Source: an uncultured Pseudomonadota bacterium | GTDB taxonomy: Bacteria > Myxococcota_A > Polyangia > Fen-1088 | Assembly (NCBI GenBank): GCA_963847705.1 | Contig: CAWKBC010000017.1 | Coordinates: forward strand, 224,001-288,000 | Direction of reading: 5' to 3' | DNA: 64,000 nucleotides | In this document: positions 30,044-40,197 of the stretch, in pieces | How the letters are laid out: every line of letters begins with the position of its first letter | Position numbering within the stretch: the first letter of the stretch is position 1 | The notes under the pieces: model-generated | The model's database searches: none | What the model saw: only the letters and a program-made list of their open reading frames with translations | What the model was told of the DNA's origin: nothing | Translations under genes and position numbers: made by a program

Positions 30044-32212
30044 ATGACCTGGAGCGAGCGTGTCGGCTGCGGCCTGGGCGCGCTCGCCGTGCTGCTGGCC
30101 TTCGCCGTCTCGCTCTGCGGGATCGGCGGCGCCTTCCCGGACGGGCACTACGCCTCGAGCTCGGTGATCGGGACGGCCGCCTACAACACCTACCGCTGGA
30201 AGACGTTGTTCCCCGTCGAGGTCTACGTCGATCACCCGCCGGCCTCCTCGGTCTACTACATGCACCACCCGCTGGGGATGTTCTGGGTCATCGACCTCCT
30301 CGGCAAGACCTTCGGCCTGCACGACTGGGTGCTCCGCCTGCCGCCGCTCGTCTACATGACGGCGACGACCCTGTTGTTGTTCAAGGTTGGGCGCGCGCTC
30401 TGGGGCGCGATCCCCGGCGGCCTCACCGCCCTGGCCTACGTCGCGCTGCCAATCACCCTGGGGTACGCGAACTACCACGACCTCGAGCAGCCGGTGATGT
30501 TCGGCGTCGTCCTGGCCAGCTGGGGCTACCTGCGGTTCGTGCGCACCTGGCGCGAGCGGTATGCGCTCGCCAGCGTGCTCGGCTTCGTGTTCGCCCTCAA
30601 CAACGACTGGGCGGCCTACCTGTGGGGCGCCCCGTTCCTGGCCGGCCTCTTCGTCTACGCGTTCCTGCTCTCGGAGCCGACGCGCGGGCGGCTGGAGATG
30701 AAGCCGTTCGGCCGCTACTGGGCGCTCATGTGCGTCGGGGCGGCGTTCAGCTTGGCCCTGGAGATCGTGGTGCTCAGTCAGAGCGGACGCATCTCGGACG
30801 TGCTGTCGTCGTACCTGCTGCGGTCGTCAGGGACGGCCATCCCGCTGAAGGTCGTCCTGGCGGCGCGCCGTTACCGCATCGAGCTGATGTTCACCACGCT
30901 CGGGATCGGCCTGGGGAAGCTGGCGCTCCCGATCATCGTCGCGCGCGCGGTGATCAGACGGAATCACCTCGAGCTGCTGGCCCTCCCCCTCTTCTTCTGC
31001 GCGCTCTGCCAGTACCTGGTCTTCAAGGAAGGGGCCGACGTTCACATCTTCTGGCCGCACTACTTCGCCCCCTACTTCGCGCTGGCGGTGGGCGCGCTGG
31101 CAGCGTCGGTCTGCGAGCTGACGGTCTGGGCCTGGGAGCGTCTCGGCCGGCCGGATCCCTCCCGGGGCGTTCGGGCCGCGCCCTGGGTGGCGCTGGTGTT
31201 GCTCGGGCTGCCGGTCGGCTTCGTCCTCAAGGATGGCCTCTCGCTGCTGCGCCTGGCGCGCGAGACGGGCGGGCGCTTCGCCGAGGTGAACCTGGACACC
31301 GACCTCGACAAGGAGGCGGTGCTGCGCTGGTTCCTGGCCCGCTTGCCCCCGACGGTGGGAATCGCCTATCACCCCGCCATCCACGACGGCTGGGCGCTGC
31401 AGTGGGAGCTGCGGCCGCGCCTCTCGGCCGCCAACCAGCCGGTCGTGGCCGGCGTCTCCGACAGCACCCGCGTCTACATCATGGACACGCGGAGCGCGTC
31501 GCCCGGCGAGCTGCAGCAGGCGGCCGGGCGCTACCACGTCCAGGCGGTCGGATTCCTCTGGGTGTTCGATCGGGCGCAGCCCCCCGCCCCGCTCGACGGA
31601 TATGTTCTCGACGAGCGCGAGCCCACGCTGTGGGAGCGCTGGTGGCTGGGACCGACGGAGCCGATCCGATCGGTCCGGCCCGATGCCTGGACCACCTGGG
31701 AGTGGCGCAAGATGCTCGGCCAGCCGGCGGTGGTGCCGACGAGCGCACCCACCACCACCGACGAGCTGCGGATCGCGCACAACGCCGCCGTCGAGCGCGG
31801 CGACCTGGCGTCGGCAGCGCGGCTGCGGGCGGCGCTCGTCGCGCGCCTCAACGTGCACCTGACCGCCGCGTTCGAGGGGGGGACGTCGCTTATCGGCGCC
31901 GTGCAGCGGACCGGCGCGCGCCGAAGCTTCACCCTGTTCTTCGTCGCAGGGAACATCGCGGGCGACGCGCGCTTCTCCGTCCACGCCAGGGTCACCGCGC
32001 CGCCACCCCTGTCGGGGCTGCCGGCCGCGCCGGAGAATCTGGAGATCGCCGGGGGAGCGACCTGGCCGACCAGCTTCTGGCGCCGGGGCCAGATCTACAG
32101 TCTCGAAGCGGTCTATCGCAAGCGACCCGGGACGGAGCTCCTCACCGGTGCCTGGAGCCCGGGGCCGCGGCGGACCGACGCCGCGACGCCGGTCGAGATC
32201 GCCCGCCTCTAA
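30044..32212 (+). CDS. GT-C membrane glycosyltransferase (ArnT/PMT-like)
   Basis: YYMHHPLG, RLPP, multiple TM helices, large C-terminal soluble domain. Confidence 0.7.
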   Translation: MTWSERVGCGLGALAVLLAFAVSLCGIGGAFPDGHYASSSVIGTAAYNTYRWKTLFPVEVYVDHPPASSVYYMHHPLGMFWVIDLLGKTFGLHDWVLRLPPLVYMTATTLLLFKVGRALWGAIPGGLTALAYVALPITLGYANYHDLEQPVMFGVVLASWGYLRFVRTWRERYALASVLGFVFALNNDWAAYLWGAPFLAGLFVYAFLLSEPTRGRLEMKPFGRYWALMCVGAAFSLALEIVVLSQSGRISDVLSSYLLRSSGTAIPLKVVLAARRYRIELMFTTLGIGLGKLALPIIVARAVIRRNHLELLALPLFFCALCQYLVFKEGADVHIFWPHYFAPYFALAVGALAASVCELTVWAWERLGRPDPSRGVRAAPWVALVLLGLPVGFVLKDGLSLLRLARETGGRFAEVNLDTDLDKEAVLRWFLARLPPTVGIAYHPAIHDGWALQWELRPRLSAANQPVVAGVSDSTRVYIMDTRSASPGELQQAAGRYHVQAVGFLWVFDRAQPPAPLDGYVLDEREPTLWERWWLGPTEPIRSVRPDAWTTWEWRKMLGQPAVVPTSAPTTTDELRIAHNAAVERGDLASAARLRAALVARLNVHLTAAFEGGTSLIGAVQRTGARRSFTLFFVAGNIAGDARFSVHARVTAPPPLSGLPAAPENLEIAGGATWPTSFWRRGQIYSLEAVYRKRPGTELLTGAWSPGPRRTDAATPVEIARL

Positions 32213-32826
32213 GCGCCGGGCGCGCGACAGACAGCGAAGGTGTTGAGCCCGAGCTTGTGAGAGAAGCAGGTGATGCCGCTCGGGCGGAACCCGGCCGACA
32301 CCAGCAGGGGCCAGAGATCCTTCACGTCGTAGTACATCTTGTGGTCGTCCATCTCGGCCGCGGGGGAGAGGCCCAGGCGAAAGGCCGAAAGCTCCAGGTA
32401 CTTCTTGCCCCTCCAAGACGGGACGTTGACCAGGAGGACGCCGCCCGGCAGGAGCAGCCGGCGCGCTTCGCCGAGGAGGCGCAGTGGATCGTTGACGTGC
32501 TCGAGCACCGAGACGATGAGGACGACGTCGAGCGAGGCCGAGGGGAGCGCGCCCAGCGCCTCGGGGAGCTGCCCCTCGACCGCCCGGACGCGCGGGTCGG
32601 TCTTGAGATCGTCGGCCAGCGCCACGTCGACCAGGACGGCGCTGGCGACCTCGCCCAAGATGGTGCGCGAGAAGGACGCCTGGTATCCGCAGCCGAAGTC
32701 GCCGATCCGCTTGCCGGCAAAGTCGGGGACGTGGCGGCGGATCTGCCAGGACGACAACCAGACGCCGAACCGGTCGACCAGCGTCCCGCGGCTGTTCTGC
32801 AAGAAGGCCTCCTGGCGCGCGGTCAC
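32209..32826 (-). CDS. Class I SAM-dependent methyltransferase
   Basis: IGDFGCG, SVLEHV, LLPGGVLLVNVP; GTGA-coupled to the GT2 gene. Confidence 0.85.
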   Translation of the reverse strand: MTARQEAFLQNSRGTLVDRFGVWLSSWQIRRHVPDFAGKRIGDFGCGYQASFSRTILGEVASAVLVDVALADDLKTDPRVRAVEGQLPEALGALPSASLDVVLIVSVLEHVNDPLRLLGEARRLLLPGGVLLVNVPSWRGKKYLELSAFRLGLSPAAEMDDHKMYYDVKDLWPLLVSAGFRPSGITCFSHKLGLNTFAVCRAPGA

Positions 32827-34076
32827 GGCTTGCGCCTCACGGCCACCGCGGTCGAGTGCAAGATCAGCGTGAAGGTGAAGGTCATGAAGCCGAGGATGGA
32901 GAGCAGGAGACCGGTGGCGGCGAGGTTGTTGATCGGAGAGCCGACCAGCAGCTGAAATCCATTGCGGAGGTAGTTGCGGGTGAGGAGGCCGCCACAGACG
33001 AGACCCGCGCCGAAGAGCGCGGCGGCGATCCCCACGCTCCGGTTGTAGGGGAAGCGACGGAACCACCTGGCCGTGACGTCCCCGTCCCAGTCGAAGAAGA
33101 TCTGCGACAGGATCCCCATGTAGACGCATTGCAGGCCCAGGATCGAGAGCGAGAGGCCGAGCAGCATCCAGTGCAGATCGAAGGTGACGGGCCCGAAGGT
33201 GAGGGTCCCGAACGAAAGCGGCAGCGTCAGCAAGAGCCCGGCCGCCAGGAGGATCAGCCCCGGCTTGTAGAGGAAGAAGTCGGCGCCGTAGACGAACATC
33301 GCGCGCAGGTTGATCCAGGCCGCCGCCCAGGGCGAGAACCAGCCGGAGCGCTTGTGGTGGCTGAGCCGTCCGTCGCGGTCCTTGAGGAAGCGAATCGGGA
33401 CCTCCTCGGTGCGCAGGTTCATGTGCACCGACTTGAGGACCATCTCGGAGGCGTACTCCCAGGACTGCGAGCGCAGATCCATCCGTCCCAGCGCCGCCTT
33501 GGTGATGCCGCGCATGCCGCAGTGGATGTCGGAGAATCGACTGCCGAAGATGACGTTCAAGATCGCCGTCGTCACCGGCGTCCCCAGATAACGGTGGAGC
33601 GGCGGCATCGACCCCGGCTCGATGAAGCCGCGAAAGCGCGAGCCCATAATGAACTCGGCGCCGCCCCGGAACTTCTCGACGAACGGGGCCAGCTCGCGGA
33701 AGTCGTAGGTGCAGTCGGCGTCGCCCATGACGATGTAGCGGCCGCGGATGAAGGGGAGCGCGTCGATGTACGCGCGCCCGAGGCCCCGCTTGGGGGTGCG
33801 CAGCACGCGGGCCCCGCCGGCCAGCGCCAGCTCTGTCGTGCGGTCGCTGCCGCTGTCGATGATCAGGATCTCGCCGACCACGCCGGCCTTCTTCATCCCC
33901 TGGTGGCACCAGGCGACGAAGTCGGCGATGGTCAGCTGCTCGTTCAAGGCCGGGATGACGATCGAGAGCTCCGGCTCTGCCACGTCGTTGGCCGGGAGCA
34001 GGAGCTCGATTTCGGGATCGACGGCCGAGGCGGGCACCAGGTTCACCAGGGGCGCGCTCAGGTCTGCCCCGCTCAC
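32823..34076 (-). CDS. GT2 polyprenol-phosphate glycosyltransferase with C-terminal TM helices
   Basis: SIVIPALNE, MGDADCTYD, GSRF, SDIHCGMR, EYASEM. Confidence 0.88.
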   Translation of the reverse strand: MSGADLSAPLVNLVPASAVDPEIELLLPANDVAEPELSIVIPALNEQLTIADFVAWCHQGMKKAGVVGEILIIDSGSDRTTELALAGGARVLRTPKRGLGRAYIDALPFIRGRYIVMGDADCTYDFRELAPFVEKFRGGAEFIMGSRFRGFIEPGSMPPLHRYLGTPVTTAILNVIFGSRFSDIHCGMRGITKAALGRMDLRSQSWEYASEMVLKSVHMNLRTEEVPIRFLKDRDGRLSHHKRSGWFSPWAAAWINLRAMFVYGADFFLYKPGLILLAAGLLLTLPLSFGTLTFGPVTFDLHWMLLGLSLSILGLQCVYMGILSQIFFDWDGDVTARWFRRFPYNRSVGIAAALFGAGLVCGGLLTRNYLRNGFQLLVGSPINNLAATGLLLSILGFMTFTFTLILHSTAVAVRRKP

Positions 34077-35077
34077 ATCTTCCCCGCTTTCATGTCGGGG
34101 ATCATCGCCAGCATGGAGCGGCGGAGCGCCTCGCGCGTGGAGTGCTCGCAGCGCCAGCCGAGCCCGCGGATGCGCCCCGTGTCGAGCCGGACGATCGGGA
34201 CGTCCCCCTTCCAGCCGCGGTCGCCGCCGGTGTAGTCGAAGACGACGCGCTCCTTGGCCAACCCCACGCACTCCACCGCCAGCGCCGCGATCTCGGCGAC
34301 CGTGATGTAGTCGCCGGTCGCCACGTTGTAGGCGGCGAACGGGGCCGTCGTCTTGTCGTGGGCCGTCAAGACGGCACGGACGATGTCGCTCACCAGGACG
34401 TAGGACTTCGACTGGGTCCCGTCGCCCAGGATGCGCAAGGTGATCGCAGCCTCACCCGCCGCCTGGGCGGCCAGCAGGCGGCGCGCGAAGTCGAATCCCA
34501 CGCCGTGGGTCTGGCGCGGGCCCACCACGTTCCCGAACCGGAAGCCGCAGCCGGAGAGCCCGAACATGTAGGCGTAGCTGGCGATGAGCGCCTCGCCGGC
34601 CAGCTTGCTGGCGCCGTAGGTCGACACGGGGATGAGCGGCCCCATGTCCTCGGTCCCCTCGCGCGTGCCGAGCTCGCCGTAGACGCCGCTGCCGGAGGCA
34701 TAGAGGATCCGCTTGGCGCTGGTGGTGCGCATCGCCTCGACCACCGCGCTGGTGAGCGCGGTCCCCTGGGTGAAGTCGATGGTCGGCTCGCGGGCCGCAC
34801 GGGCGATGTCGGGGTTGGAGGCCAGGTGGATGACGACGTCGTGCCCGTCCATGGCGGCGGCCAGCGCGCGCGCGTCCTCGACGTCGCCGCGCACGGCGCG
34901 AAAGCGCGGGTCGGCGTCGTGCTGGGCGTGGTGCCAGGGTCGCCCCGAGGAGTAGTTGTCGTAGAGCGTGACACCGGCTGCGCCTGCCGGTCCGAGCAGG
35001 TGATCGGTAAAATGACTGCCGATGAATCCGGCGCCACCAACGATGAAAAAGCGCTGCGCGGAGAGGGGCTGGCTCAC
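34073..35077 (-). CDS. NAD-dependent nucleotide-sugar epimerase/dehydratase
   Basis: GGAGFIGSH, HLASNPD, YGASK, GWKGDVP. Confidence 0.9.
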   Translation of the reverse strand: MSQPLSAQRFFIVGGAGFIGSHFTDHLLGPAGAAGVTLYDNYSSGRPWHHAQHDADPRFRAVRGDVEDARALAAAMDGHDVVIHLASNPDIARAAREPTIDFTQGTALTSAVVEAMRTTSAKRILYASGSGVYGELGTREGTEDMGPLIPVSTYGASKLAGEALIASYAYMFGLSGCGFRFGNVVGPRQTHGVGFDFARRLLAAQAAGEAAITLRILGDGTQSKSYVLVSDIVRAVLTAHDKTTAPFAAYNVATGDYITVAEIAALAVECVGLAKERVVFDYTGGDRGWKGDVPIVRLDTGRIRGLGWRCEHSTREALRRSMLAMIPDMKAGKM

Positions 35078-35158
35078 GGGGCGAGCATCCTAGTCCAATC
35101 CTTCGTTGAAATCCTTGGGGGAAATCCTACGGCGCGCGCGGCGCGGAGCGCGGCCCGG

Positions 35159-35779
35159 TCAGCGGGTCGGTTCCGTCGATTCCCATTTGGTCGCGGACTG
35201 CTTGAGCCGTGGATGGCTGACCAGGAGGTGCCAGATCACCGCGCAGAGTCCCTCGGTGTGCGGCGTGATCCGGTCGGGCGACACGGTCGGGATGATGACG
35301 CAGGCCTCGGCCGCGGTCCTGGTCGCGCCCCCGTCCTTGCCGACGATGCCGAAGACGGCCGCGCCCCGCTCGCGCCCGAGCTCCACGGCGCGCACCAGGT
35401 TCATCGAGACGTTCTTCTCGCGGCTGCCGCCTCCGACCGAGAAGACCAACAGCGCGTCGCGCTTGTCCAGGCGCGAGACCTTCAGCCACTCGGAGAAGCT
35501 GGTGTCCCACCCTTCGTCGTTCACGCGCGCCGTCAGCTCGGAGACGTTGTCGGTGGGCGTGTAGGCCTCGAAGCCGCAGATCTTGCGGAAGTCGTTGACC
35601 GCGTGGCTGGCGTGCCCGGCCGAGCCCCCGACGCCCAGGATGAAGAGACGCCCACCGGCATCGCGCACGCGGCCGAGGCCGATCGCCACCGCGTCGACCG
35701 CCGCCGCGTCGATCTCGCGAACCGCCCTCAGCGTCTCTTGCAGGAAGAGATCGACGAAGCCCCGCGTCTCCGTGCTCAC
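35159..35779 (-). CDS. SIS-domain phosphoheptose isomerase (GmhA-like)
   Basis: GVGGSAGHASHAVNDFRK, TARVNDEGW, PHTE. Confidence 0.82.
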   Translation of the reverse strand: MSTETRGFVDLFLQETLRAVREIDAAAVDAVAIGLGRVRDAGGRLFILGVGGSAGHASHAVNDFRKICGFEAYTPTDNVSELTARVNDEGWDTSFSEWLKVSRLDKRDALLVFSVGGGSREKNVSMNLVRAVELGRERGAAVFGIVGKDGGATRTAAEACVIIPTVSPDRITPHTEGLCAVIWHLLVSHPRLKQSATKWESTEPTR

Positions 35780-36522
35780 AGCTTGAACCCCGCCGCCTCG
35801 GCGTCTCGGAAGAACATCTGCACCGTCTCCAGGCTGAAGTCGCCGAGATCCTTGCCGACCAGCTCCAGCTTCTTCAAGAGATCGGGCGTCACCGTGATGA
35901 TGTCGCAGCCGAGCTCGGCCGCCTGGACGATGTTCAGGAGCTCGCGCGGGCTGGCCCAGAGCAGCTCGACCGACTTGCCGGCGGCCCGGCAGATCGACAG
36001 CGCCTCCCGCATGAGCGGGATCGGATCGCGGCCGGTGTCGGCGATGCGGCCGGCGAACACCGAGACCACCGAGGGCGCCCCGCCTTCGAGCGCCCGGGCC
36101 ACCTCGCGCACCTGCGCCACCGTGCAGATGGCGGTCACGTTCAGCTTCACGCCGGCGCCGGCCAGCTCGCGCACCAGCCCGGTGGTCGGCTCGCGCTTGG
36201 TGTTGGTGACCGGAATCTTGACGTAGACGTTGCCACCCCAGGTGGCGATCTCACGCGCCTGCCGCAGCATCTCCCCGGTGTCGTCGGCGAACACCTCGAA
36301 CGAGATCGGCCGGTCCTTGATCGCCGCCAGAACCTCCTTGGCGAAGGCCCGGTAGTCGGAGATCCCTGCCTTGCGCATCAACGTCGGGTTGGTGGTGAAA
36401 CCGGAGATGCGGGGGTCGCGCGCCGACTCCAGCATCGAGGGCAGCGACGCACCGTCGGCGAAGATCTTGATCCGGTCCAAAGTCGCCTTGAAGTTAGGCT
36501 GGTCGGTAGGCTCGTTGCGCAT
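35776..36522 (-). CDS. tal: Transaldolase (short type)
   Basis: IFADGA, GFTTNPTLM, ISFEVF, YVKIP, SVFAGR, LWASPRE. Confidence 0.88.
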   Translation of the reverse strand: MRNEPTDQPNFKATLDRIKIFADGASLPSMLESARDPRISGFTTNPTLMRKAGISDYRAFAKEVLAAIKDRPISFEVFADDTGEMLRQAREIATWGGNVYVKIPVTNTKREPTTGLVRELAGAGVKLNVTAICTVAQVREVARALEGGAPSVVSVFAGRIADTGRDPIPLMREALSICRAAGKSVELLWASPRELLNIVQAAELGCDIITVTPDLLKKLELVGKDLGDFSLETVQMFFRDAEAAGFKL

Positions 36523-36579
36523 GGGGGTCCTCTAGATAAGAGCGTTCGAGTCTCGCAAATCGTCGCGGAGATAACAAAG

Positions 36580-38076
36580 TCATTTTGGCTCGGGCGGGAT
36601 CTCCCCGTGACAGACCGACAGCCGCCGGACGAGCTTCTCGTAAAGGGGCCGGTTGTTGGCCTCGAAGTGGGCGTACTGTCCCTTGATCCCGAGCGCCAGC
36701 CCGATCCCCATCGACGGGATCGCCAGCAGGACGGCTGCCGCGACGACCAGCTTCCGGAGGATCCGACGCGCCCTCAGCGCCTCGTAGGCGGCCCCGGCCC
36801 CGAGCGTGCCCAGCAGGACCACGCTCCCCACGATGTCGCCCAGATACCGGTTGGTGGCGGTCGAGAGGACGAGGCACGGCGCGAGCGCGGCGGCCGCCGC
36901 CAGGGCCGTCGCCCCCACGGCCCAGCTGAAGGGCGAAACCCGGCGGGTCCGCCAGAGCGCGCGCGCCGCGGCGACCAGGGCGAAGGGCGCGAACCAGGAC
37001 CAGAGGAGTGTCGGAAGCAGCCCGGCGACCTGCTCGTAAACGAAGTAGTCCTTCGGAAGCTTGGTTCCCGGCGGAAAGGCGCGCATCCCCATGTCCAGGA
37101 TCGCGTAGGCGAAGGGGAAGCGGCAGGACCAGACCGCCGGCCGCAAGAGATAGGCGTAGAGGTTCGTGGGAAGGAACCTCGGGGCGGCCCCCATGTTGAT
37201 CCAGCTGAGCTGATAGCGGTGCCCGAAGTCGAGCCAGGCGTCGAACCGCAGCCGGTTGTAGCCGAGGGTGGCGAACAGGCCGAGCGCCACCGGCAGGCCG
37301 AGCCAGAGCGCCGTCTGCGCCGCCCGGCGTGGCCAGCGCTCCTGCCTGCCTCCGGCGGCGCCCAGCAGGGTCGCGACGACCAGAAGCGCGACCGCCGGGG
37401 CGAGACTGGTCCGGCAGCCAAAGGCCGCGGCCCAGGACGCCCCCGCCGCGACGAGAGACAGGCGCCGCACGTCGCTCGCCCAGACCGCGTCGAAAGCAAA
37501 CACCAGCCCCAGCAGCAGGAACGCCTGTCCGCCCACGATTGCCGCCTCGTAGACGGCTCCCCGCGCCAGGTTGTAGAGCGTCGGGTTGGCGAGCCCGAGC
37601 ACGAGGACGGCGGCCACCTCCAGCGCGACGGGCAGGCGACCGAACAGGCGCCGCCCCGCCCGCTCGATGAAGAGCGTCCCCGCCACGAACTGCAGGGTGG
37701 TCAGTGCGAATACAACAGGCTCGTCGCCCACGGGGGTCGAGACTCGAAAGAGGGTCTTCACCGCCGCAAGGAGCAGCGCCGGCACCGGCCCCCAGTAGAG
37801 GTAGTAGTGGCCGCGATAGAAGCTGGCGTCCCAGTACCAGAGGCCGGCGTTGGCGGGATCGAGCGGGTTGGGCCGGGAGACGAGAGCGGCTGGCGGCTCG
37901 ACGGAAAGATGCAGGTGCCCTGCTCGAAACCCCTCCGCGAGATCGTTGAGGTAACCGGTATAGAAGTGCCAGCGGGTGAAGGTCCCGGCCGAGGTGATGT
38001 ACCAGGAGACCAGCTCGACGAGGGTGGCCGCGGCGACCAGCGCTGCGATCCGTCGGTGGCTGCCTGCCGTCCTCAT
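36580..38076 (-). CDS. Multi-TM membrane protein, GT-C-like (paralog A)
   Basis: AEGFRAGHL...DASFYRGHYYLYWGP, VYEAAI, YNRLRF, RYLGD. Confidence 0.7.
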   Translation of the reverse strand: MRTAGSHRRIAALVAAATLVELVSWYITSAGTFTRWHFYTGYLNDLAEGFRAGHLHLSVEPPAALVSRPNPLDPANAGLWYWDASFYRGHYYLYWGPVPALLLAAVKTLFRVSTPVGDEPVVFALTTLQFVAGTLFIERAGRRLFGRLPVALEVAAVLVLGLANPTLYNLARGAVYEAAIVGGQAFLLLGLVFAFDAVWASDVRRLSLVAAGASWAAAFGCRTSLAPAVALLVVATLLGAAGGRQERWPRRAAQTALWLGLPVALGLFATLGYNRLRFDAWLDFGHRYQLSWINMGAAPRFLPTNLYAYLLRPAVWSCRFPFAYAILDMGMRAFPPGTKLPKDYFVYEQVAGLLPTLLWSWFAPFALVAAARALWRTRRVSPFSWAVGATALAAAAALAPCLVLSTATNRYLGDIVGSVVLLGTLGAGAAYEALRARRILRKLVVAAAVLLAIPSMGIGLALGIKGQYAHFEANNRPLYEKLVRRLSVCHGEIPPEPK

Positions 38077-38077
38077 C

Positions 38078-39601
38078 CTAGCGGCAGAATGACAGCTTCC
38101 GGCGGAGGCTCTCGTACAGAACGGCATTGTGCTGCTTGAACATCTCGTCGTAGCCCCCGAAGCCGAGAAGAAACCCGATGACCATCGTGGCACCCGCCAG
38201 GAGGATCAGGAGCGCGACCACCCCGCGCCGCGGCCAGCGACCGCGCACGGCGTCGACCAGCGACCACCCGCCCCAGGTCGCGAGCAAGACCGCGCCGGCG
38301 GAGAAGTCGCCCATGTAGCGCATGGTGGTGTCGAAGGCCGAGACGAAGACCAGCGGCATCAGGAAGGTGAGGACGGCGAAGCTGGCAAGGCACCAGACCT
38401 GGGCGCGAGCCGGGCCATCGAGGACGCCCGTCGGATCGGGAGCGCGCCGCCACCTGACCACCCCGCGGACGATGAACCAGACCGCGACCAGGCAGAGCCA
38501 GGTCCAGGGCGCGGTCACGAACAGTCCCGCCTGCGGTTCGTGGGTCGAATACCCAGGGGGAAACCGCAAACCGTGGGGGAAGCCGTGCGCCCCGATGTCG
38601 TAGAGCGCAGACAGAAATGGGAAACGGCAGGCCATCCCGACTGGCCGGAACAGGTAGCTGAAGATGTTGAGCGGCAGATAGGCCCGCGAGGTGATGAACG
38701 GGAAGACGTTCAGCTGGTACCTGATCCCGACCTCGAACCAGGAGTCGAAGCGGGCCTTGTTGTAAACGGCGAGCAGCCCCAGGGTGAGCGCGACAGGGAC
38801 GCCGAGCCAGCAGGCGCTGGCGGCCGCTCGGCGCCAGCGACGCCGCGTGGGGGTCGAAGAGCAAAGGGCGGTCAGCACCACGAAAGCGCCCACCGGCAAC
38901 ACCGCGCTGACCCGGCAGGCGATGGCCGCCGCCCAGCAGGCGCCGGCCACCAGCAGCCGCCAGCGCGCAGGCGGTGCCTCGGACGCCGCCCACACGGCGT
39001 CGAACGCCGGCACCAGGCCCAGCAGCAGCAACGACTGCGCCGCCGCGATCGCCGCCTCGTAGATGCCGGGGGTGGCCAGCATGAACGGGTTCGGCGTGAC
39101 GTAGGCGAAGGCCACCGTCGCCAGCAACGCCAGGCTGGGCGGCAGCGCGGGGAAGAGGCGTCGGGTCATTCGGCCGATCAGCAGCGCGCCCGAGACCAGG
39201 ATCAGCGTGTAGCTGGCGAACGTCACGTACTGGTCGCCGATCACGCCCTTCAGCCGCAGGACGGTCTTCACGGCGATCAGCACCAGCGCCGGCAGCGGCC
39301 CCCAGTAGAGGTAGTAGTGCCCCTTGTAGAGGCTGGCGTCCAGGAACCAGAGGTTGGAGTTGGACCAGTCGAACGGATTCGGCCGGGCCAGGAGCTCGGG
39401 CGGCGGCGGGACCGGGATGTAGAGGTGGCCGGCGCGAAATCCCTCCGCGATGAGGTCGTAGTTCGTGTTCCAGGTCGACCAGGTGGTGAAGGTCCCGGCC
39501 GTGATGATGAAGAGGTAGCTGACCTCGATCGCCAGCAGCAGAAAGACGAGCGGCAGCCACCGCGGCCAACGAAAAGATCGTGCGCGCCACCAGGCCGTCA
39601 G
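38078..39601 (-). CDS. Multi-TM membrane protein, GT-C-like (paralog B); no canonical start in frame
   Basis: Frame stays open upstream of the ORF-track start and contains AEGFRAGHL...DASLYKGHYYLYWGP; start is either CTG at 39601 or GTG at 39590 with an indel. Confidence 0.65.
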   Translation of the reverse strand: MTAWWRARSFRWPRWLPLVFLLLAIEVSYLFIITAGTFTTWSTWNTNYDLIAEGFRAGHLYIPVPPPPELLARPNPFDWSNSNLWFLDASLYKGHYYLYWGPLPALVLIAVKTVLRLKGVIGDQYVTFASYTLILVSGALLIGRMTRRLFPALPPSLALLATVAFAYVTPNPFMLATPGIYEAAIAAAQSLLLLGLVPAFDAVWAASEAPPARWRLLVAGACWAAAIACRVSAVLPVGAFVVLTALCSSTPTRRRWRRAAASACWLGVPVALTLGLLAVYNKARFDSWFEVGIRYQLNVFPFITSRAYLPLNIFSYLFRPVGMACRFPFLSALYDIGAHGFPHGLRFPPGYSTHEPQAGLFVTAPWTWLCLVAVWFIVRGVVRWRRAPDPTGVLDGPARAQVWCLASFAVLTFLMPLVFVSAFDTTMRYMGDFSAGAVLLATWGGWSLVDAVRGRWPRRGVVALLILLAGATMVIGFLLGFGGYDEMFKQHNAVLYESLRRKLSFCR

Positions 39602-40197
39602 TCGCTCTGTCGCCCCAGGAGAAATTCCGCGAAGTGTCGCAAATCAGCCCCATGAAAGGAAGGTCGAAGGCCGCGCGCGGCCAGGGTGGCGCGGTCGTCG
39701 GACGCCACCTCGCCGAGGTAGGCGGTCTGCAGGCCGAACGCGCTGCCGGCGAGGATGTCGGGCGCGCGATCCCCGACCATCCAGGAGCGCGCGCGGATGA
39801 AAGACGGGTGGCGGGCGAAGGCTTCTTCCAGGAGGCCGGTGGCCGGCTTGCGGCAACCACAGCCGTCCTCCGCGCGGTGGAAGCAGAGGTGCGAGCTCAG
39901 GATGACGCCGCCGTCAGCCGTGGCCGCCCGCAGGACCTCTGCGTGCGCCGCCTCGAGCTCGGCGCGGGTGGTCTTCCCCTTGGCCGCGGCCGGTTGGTTG
40001 CTGGCGATCACCAGCCCGAACCCGGCGTCGGTCAGCGCGCGCAGCGCCCCCGGCACCCAGGGGAAGACCTCCACCTCGCTCGGGCGCATCGGGCTGTCGG
40101 GACGCGGCTCCGCCGGGTTGTCGAGCAGGCGATTGAGGACGCCGTCTCGGTCGAGGACGATCAGCGTTCCGGCAGCGTCGACTTCTGGGCGAGCCAT
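39598..40197 (-). CDS. gmhB: HAD-IIIA heptose-1,7-bisphosphate phosphatase (GmhB-like)
   Basis: LDRDGVLN, SNQP, CFH...CGCRKP, MVGDR..DI. Confidence 0.82.
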   Translation of the reverse strand: MARPEVDAAGTLIVLDRDGVLNRLLDNPAEPRPDSPMRPSEVEVFPWVPGALRALTDAGFGLVIASNQPAAAKGKTTRAELEAAHAEVLRAATADGGVILSSHLCFHRAEDGCGCRKPATGLLEEAFARHPSFIRARSWMVGDRAPDILAGSAFGLQTAYLGEVASDDRATLAARGLRPSFHGADLRHFAEFLLGRQSD

